From Antedon mediterranea (taxonomy: Eukaryota; Animalia; Echinodermata), in the NCBI RefSeq assembly GCF_964355755.1, contig NC_092677.1, positions 25,841,175-25,905,174 of the forward strand: a stretch of DNA of 64,000 bases, written 5' to 3'. The notes below the pieces were generated by a model. The model saw only the letters and a program-made list of their open reading frames with translations. It had not been told where the DNA came from and ran no database searches. Both the position numbers and the translations under genes were made by a program. Shown one piece after another: positions 58,594 through 64,000 of this stretch. How positions within the stretch are numbered: position 1 is the first letter of the stretch; every line of letters starts with the position of its first letter.

Positions 58594-59826
58594 TTAATTT
58601 TTATTTAATTCTGTATTACTTTCATCGTCCTCATCATCATCATCCTCCTCATCACTATCAGTATCAGATTCATCCTCTGTTTCATCATCATCATCATCAT
58701 CACTATCCTCATCACTACTTTCTTCTTCACTACTGCTCCCCCATAATTGTCGTTCTCTCTCTTTTCTTAACTCTTCATCTATTAGCGGTTTAAACTCAAT
58801 GGCTTCTTTGTTTTCTGGTTCATAAATCAAAATCATTTGACAAAGTTTCTGAGCGTTTTCGTAATCTTTTTCCATCACTGTCTCGAGAAATTCACCGAGC
58901 AATTCAATTGGTGCTTTTTTCTCTTCCTCGTCGACTTCATCACCGCTATCGTCACTGTCAGCATCCTCGTTCGATGCTTTTTGTGTTACGATTGTTTTAG
59001 GCTTGAAATCTTGTGAATCAACCTCATTTTTACTATGACTTACATAATAGCCATTGCTAACACTTTTCATTTGTTTAATGGAGTTTGTTTTGACGTCAAT
59101 CTTATCATTCTCGTTTAAATTTAATGTTGTACGTCCTGTGCCATCTATTTGAGGATCTACGTGCTCAGTGGAAGAGTTACTACGATGACTTACATAATAG
59201 TCATCTGTTACAGTCACTGCTTGTTTAGCACTTTCAAGTTTAATCCCGTGAACTCCTGTTTCAAGAGAGTTTAAAGTTGACTTATCTTCAGCAACTGTTA
59301 ACGTTGGAGTAGTACTACAAACAAACGATTCAAATTCTTCGTTGTCTGGCATTCCATGTTTCGTTTCAAGCGAGTTTAAAGTTGATTTGTTATCCGTAAT
59401 CGAGGTTTTATTTAGAGTTGGAGTCGTACTACGAACAAAAGATTCAAGTTCTTCATTGTTTGGCATTCCATATTTTTCAAAGTCCCTTTTTACAGATGGT
59501 AAGACAACTTTTTTATGGGACGACGAGGAAGACACTTTGTTATCACTGACTTTATTAGAATTATTTGTATCTTCTCTTTTTGATTGTGAACTTGGTGGTG
59601 TATCTTTTACTGTATCAGACTTGGTATGATGATTATTTGTCTTGTTAGGCCCAGTTCTAAGGCCTACTACTTCAGCCTCATTTGGTAAGATTTCTAAAGT
59701 ACTTCCACTGCGTTGCAGAAGCTTAGGTGTTGTTGATCTTCTTCCGGATGAGGTTGGTCGTTCAAAGATGGTAGGTTTTGACGGTCCTGTACCCAACACA
59801 GTTATGGAGTTTGCGGTATGATCCAT
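58594..59826 (-). CDS. ERICH2: Glutamate-rich protein 2-like, single coding exon, 410 aa
   Basis: Intact ORF. The C-terminal APIELLGEFLETVMEKDYENAQKLCQMILIYEPENKEAIEF followed by a D/E tract matches ERICH2. There is an acceptor AG at 59834-59835 and AATAAA (minus strand) at 58561-58566 and 58388-58393. Confidence 0.85.
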   Translation of the reverse strand: MDHTANSITVLGTGPSKPTIFERPTSSGRRSTTPKLLQRSGSTLEILPNEAEVVGLRTGPNKTNNHHTKSDTVKDTPPSSQSKREDTNNSNKVSDNKVSSSSSHKKVVLPSVKRDFEKYGMPNNEELESFVRSTTPTLNKTSITDNKSTLNSLETKHGMPDNEEFESFVCSTTPTLTVAEDKSTLNSLETGVHGIKLESAKQAVTVTDDYYVSHRSNSSTEHVDPQIDGTGRTTLNLNENDKIDVKTNSIKQMKSVSNGYYVSHSKNEVDSQDFKPKTIVTQKASNEDADSDDSGDEVDEEEKKAPIELLGEFLETVMEKDYENAQKLCQMILIYEPENKEAIEFKPLIDEELRKERERQLWGSSSEEESSDEDSDDDDDDETEDESDTDSDEEDDDDEDDESNTELNKN

Positions 59827-60669
59827 TAGTTACCTGCGCATGAGAATTTTATAAATTTAATTGTAAAAATTATTGTTATAAAAAATCTCACTTTTCTTTA
59901 ATTATTAATAATATAATAATGATAAAGAGATAGGCCTAGGTAGATAAGGTTTTTCATATATTTTATTTATTATTTATTTTATTCAAAACATGAGGCAACG
60001 GTGACTGAAGACAATTTCTATTTATTGGCTATTATTATTAATTATTAGCTAGGCCTAGGCCTAGCCTAGTTTGGTACTGTAGTTAGGAAGCTCGCCCTCT
60101 TTCTACAAAAAACATTTGGCCCTAGCCTAGTTAGATAGAGGCTAGCCTAGTACTCTACTACTACTACACTACCTAGGCCAGCGCGTAGTAGACTAGAGTA
60201 GTAGGCCAAGCATGATATTATATTACTAAGATCAGAGTAGAAAGAAGAGACAGCAGAACAGAGAGGCCTACTCTCATACTCTGCTGGCTAGCTAGCCAGG
60301 GAAGCTAAATAATTTATTCACACAGAAATTATACAGATCAATTACCACTTGTTCATGATAATAACGTCAAACCTACTTTCTTTTCTATATACAATTTCGT
60401 TTTCGTTAAAAACTTAAAAGTATAATGTCGCTTAGAAACTCCTAACCGGAAATACAAAATCTAAAGTTTAACCTTTCAAAATTGTAATCAAATGCTAATT
60501 ACTCCAATAAATATCTTTAGAATTTTCTGATTTTAGAAATCAATTACTAATGGTAAATTAAATTATTACTATCAATATAAATTAACTGTTTTGTTAGAAT
60601 AATATAAATAAACATAAAATTCAAAATAAATATTTTGACCTAGGATTAGAAAGGTCCATACTACAAAGT

Positions 60670-60705
60670 CGCTGATTGGTCAATTGAACATGCGTTCAAA
60701 TTTAT
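60670..60705 (+). promoter_or_regulatory. Probable CDCA8 cell-cycle promoter: CCAAT box plus inverted CHR
   Basis: ATTGG at 60675-60679 and TTCAAA (reverse of the CHR TTTGAA) at 60695-60700, the NF-Y plus CHR layout known for G2/M genes. These are short motifs in AT-rich DNA, so support is modest. Confidence 0.5.
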
Positions 60706-61150
60706 ACAGCGGGTTTTATAAATGAAAATAGTGTACACAAGTAAAATTCTCAAAAGTAAGACAATATATGCCTAGTTTATGGCGTTTTTTGATGATTAAA
60801 ATATGTAAATTAAGATTCAGTTTAATATAGGGTTTAATACAGCAATATATTGATGTCTGATTTGCTAGTTTTAGGGCTAAATAATGTAAAATAAATGTCT
60901 TGTTAGGCCTGTCAGTGTCTGTCTGTGTGTGTGTGCGGATTCCTGTCTGTGACGTGCAAAGGCAGTGAGTGTCTGCACGTGCAAACTCGAAACTCGTTCG
61001 TCTACGTCGTAAAGTGTGTGTAGCGTAGACCTGGCTTTTTTGTGTATCATTTTAGGCTTTGATATCAATTAAACTTTCGTACTACTAGTCTAGGTTAATA
61101 GTATTGTTTGTTAATAAAGGTTTAACTTTTATTTTTTAAGGAAAAATAAG

Positions 61151-63793
61151 ATGCCTCCAAGAAAACGTCGAACAAAACTGACAACCCGACCAAAACCAAA
61201 ACTTCCCCAGGGACAGGGCCAAGATGATGTTCTCGACACAAATGAACGAAAAAACAAATTGGAATTACTGCTTCGGGATTTCGACTTAGAAGGTAATTAT
61301 GAAGCAAAAAAAAAAGTCATAAAAAATGTATAATTTAAAGAAAATAAATGTAAACTGGAAGACAATAATACCGGCTACAGCATTCTGGTGTAATACTAAT
61401 GTAACTGTCCTATTTATAAGCAAAACCGTTATTTTGTTTCTTTCAGTGAAAGTGAATTGACTTTAGTGATATTAAACTATAACATTATTAATTTTATACA
61501 TACTTTTATTTTTCATATTTTGGGGCACAATACTGTACGTCTTTAACTAGTACAGTATATGCAGGGAGTTGTTGGTATATGTATATTTTTGTCATTTAGT
61601 GAATAACAGACTAGAACAAATGGAGAGAGAAGCTCACAAGATGAGATCAATGATTAACACATTATTTCGTCTCGAGATGTGTAAGATGAATAAAGATATT
61701 CTACGTATGACACGGAAAGAATTTCTTGGTATGTGACTACAATAATTGTTTATGTAATAATGATATTTTATATATTAAAAAAAAATTACTTATATAGCGT
61801 TGAAATAATATGCAAGAGCAGGCCTATATCATAGATGTGTTATAATAGATCTATCTACACTATATCAAACTTTATGTGAGCAAAAAAATGGGATGTACCC
61901 ATATATAGACATGATGTCATATCACTACCATATTTGGGCACATCACTCTACCATACTTGGGCACATCACACTTTATTTTGTCAAAGTAGTTTGATAGTGT
62001 AGACAAAGCTTTATATAGATCTGTAGGTACATTTGATTGCTAGTTAATAATATTTTTTTTTGTTTTTTTTTTAAAGCTAAAGGAGGGAGTGTTAATGACG
62101 CTGCTCTGCAAGAGGTTTCTCAATATGTCGATAGTTTATCAGAACACATCGTCAAACCTTTGCAAACTTCGGCAAATTCAGACCAAGACGGAACAGCGGC
62201 AGTGACAGCTAAAAAGGTAGTGATGTGTATTGTAGTAGTAAATCTAAATACAATACAGTTTGTAGTACAGTCAACTCTCCCAATATCAAGACACCTTCGG
62301 GCTGACCTAATATGTCTGGTTTTCTGGAAAGTCTGGTATTCGGAATATGTTTTGGGCTTCAAGAAAAGTCTGATATTGGGAGAGTTAACTGTACTGTTTT
62401 AAGAACTAAAGTAGAAGTCTACATTTAAATTAAAGCAATGTATTTACTTTTTATGATAAAATAAAACATTTTTTACAGAAAACAAAACAAAAGAAGGCAA
62501 AAACAAGTAAAAAGAAATTAAAAACATCACCTCAAACAGAAGAGAATGAGAACATGATGCCTCCACCATCTCAATCGCTGCGTCGATCTACAAGGTAGAG
62601 TGCTTTTTTATATCTGTTGTCAATTGGGTTAATAGTGTCTCTTTCCTTTGTAACATAACACTAAAGCTCTATGCAAAAAAAAATGTGATGTGCCCATATA
62701 TGGACTGGGATGTCATATCACTACCATATTTGGGCAAATCACAATTGTTATGACTAATTTATTTACGATTCAATTTTTTTTTATAGGAAACAACCAAGTA
62801 CATTGATGACACCAGCACAACAGACACAACGTAACCGTGGCTCGTCAAATACGGGTTGGAATACACCTGCAGTGACTCCTAAGTTTGATCCAAGGTAAGA
62901 AATCCAGATTAAAATACCTAACCTAATCAATCAAGAATGGGAACTCTATTGACATCTTCAAACAGTTGCTTACTAAAATCCATCTCTTTAACATTGCATT
63001 ATGATATTACACAATTTCTATCTAGTTCGAGCCTGTGGTCGTAGCGCTTTAGAGTTAACTACCGCTAACGTGATTGATTGTATAAGAAAATAAAATGGTA
63101 CTGTTCAATCAATATGCTGTTAGAAGAGTTAGGGGAGGGGGATATCAACATTACTGGTTGATTGAAAAAAATGTACCAACAGTAATTACAGCTATCCAGT
63201 TTCTTAGATGGGCGCTCTGTAGTGTTAGGGTTGAAGAACATACTTACTATGGATATGGTTAATGTAGTAAACTCCTAATTGATCATCATATCCTTGCTCC
63301 CATCCTATAAGGACAATTATTAAATGGAGGGGGAGGTGGGTGATGTAGGCCCTATGGCATGTCCAAGTCCTATGCCAAAAAAAAAAGGATATACTTTAAA
63401 TAAATCAATGTTATTTTTTAAACTATTGTTTTGTTTTGAACAATTTTTAATTCAGATTGCCGGTGACACCTGGAGCGAGGAGAGCCCGTAAAGGTGAAAG
63501 GTTAATGTCAATGACAGGTAGTCCCGTAATACCAGCAGCACCTGCTCCTAGGACAATATCGCAGGATTTGAAAGACAATGTAAGTATTTTGACAGCTTCC
63601 AACAAGTTGGTATAGGTTCGTTCCTATCCTTTTACCGATCACCTTTAAATGTTGTTGATTTTTCTTTTTGCAGATAATCGCTGTCAACAATACAATCCAA
63701 CACATTGACTTAGACGACCAAGTGGCCAGACGCAATATCAAACTGTTACAGGACAGTTTAGCTAAGATACTACATACACTTCCGGTCAAATAA
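61151..63793 (+). CDS. CDCA8: Borealin (chromosomal passenger complex subunit)
   Basis: Exons 61151-61292, 61600-61728, 62077-62216, 62479-62594, 62787-62894, 63456-63579 and 63674-63793 have consistent phases. Motifs include KLELLLRDFDLEV..RLEQM, TPKFDPRLP.TP, RRARKGERLMSMTGSP and a C-terminal LDDQVARRNIKLLQ. Confidence 0.88.
62268..62391. mobile_element. Tc1/mariner/pogo-type MITE in a CDCA8 intron
   Basis: TA|CAGTCAACTCTCCCAATATC...GATATTGGGAGAGTTAACTG|TA. Confidence 0.85.
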
Positions 63794-64000
63794 AATATTT
63801 CTGTTCATCGTTATCATTTTTTAATTCTTTTTTTTGTGTAAAAAGTTACAAAACCATATGAACTATTAGGTCTAGCTACCTACATCAAAATAAGTTTCCA
63901 ACTCATATAAAGCTCTGTCTACACTATCAAACTAGTGTGATGTGTCCAAATATGGTGGTGATATGACATTATCATGTCCATATATGGGCACATCACATAA

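Overview
AT-rich eukaryotic genomic DNA from an invertebrate. The gene content, TE families and TAGGCCTA-rich promoter flanks suggest an echinoderm or other invertebrate deuterostome, which is an inference. There is no prokaryotic system or CRISPR array. Five host genes can be assembled by hand with phase-consistent GT-AG splicing: the 5' part of septin-7 (-), a complete WDR97-like gene (-, 29 core coding exons, about 1545 aa), C1orf109/AIRIM (-, 4 coding exons, one U12-type intron), a single-coding-exon ERICH2-like ORF (-), and borealin/CDCA8 (+, 7 coding exons). Upstream of the AIRIM coding exons is a hAT-like DDE transposase of about 1000 aa with a C-terminal spindlin-type Tudor-like domain. 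It is split in frame by a 402-bp LTR-retroelement remnant and followed by a 4.5-kb non-autonomous TIR element with an 8-bp TSD. The rest is dense in MITEs (one Harbinger-like family has more than 20 copies), SINEs, LINE tails, Penelope-like hairpins, minisatellites and a 4.8-kb progressively diverging satellite. Best leads: (1) a cassette of eight frame-preserving phase-2 microexons in one WDR97 intron; (2) the AIRIM/ERICH2/CDCA8 divergent locus with a recursive-splice-like AG|GTAAC site; (3) a probable 2-nt microexon in septin-7; (4) the Tudor-bearing transposase; (5) a well-folding tRNA-like gene with an unusual ATC (Asp) anticodon. All calls are by eye and no database searches were run.
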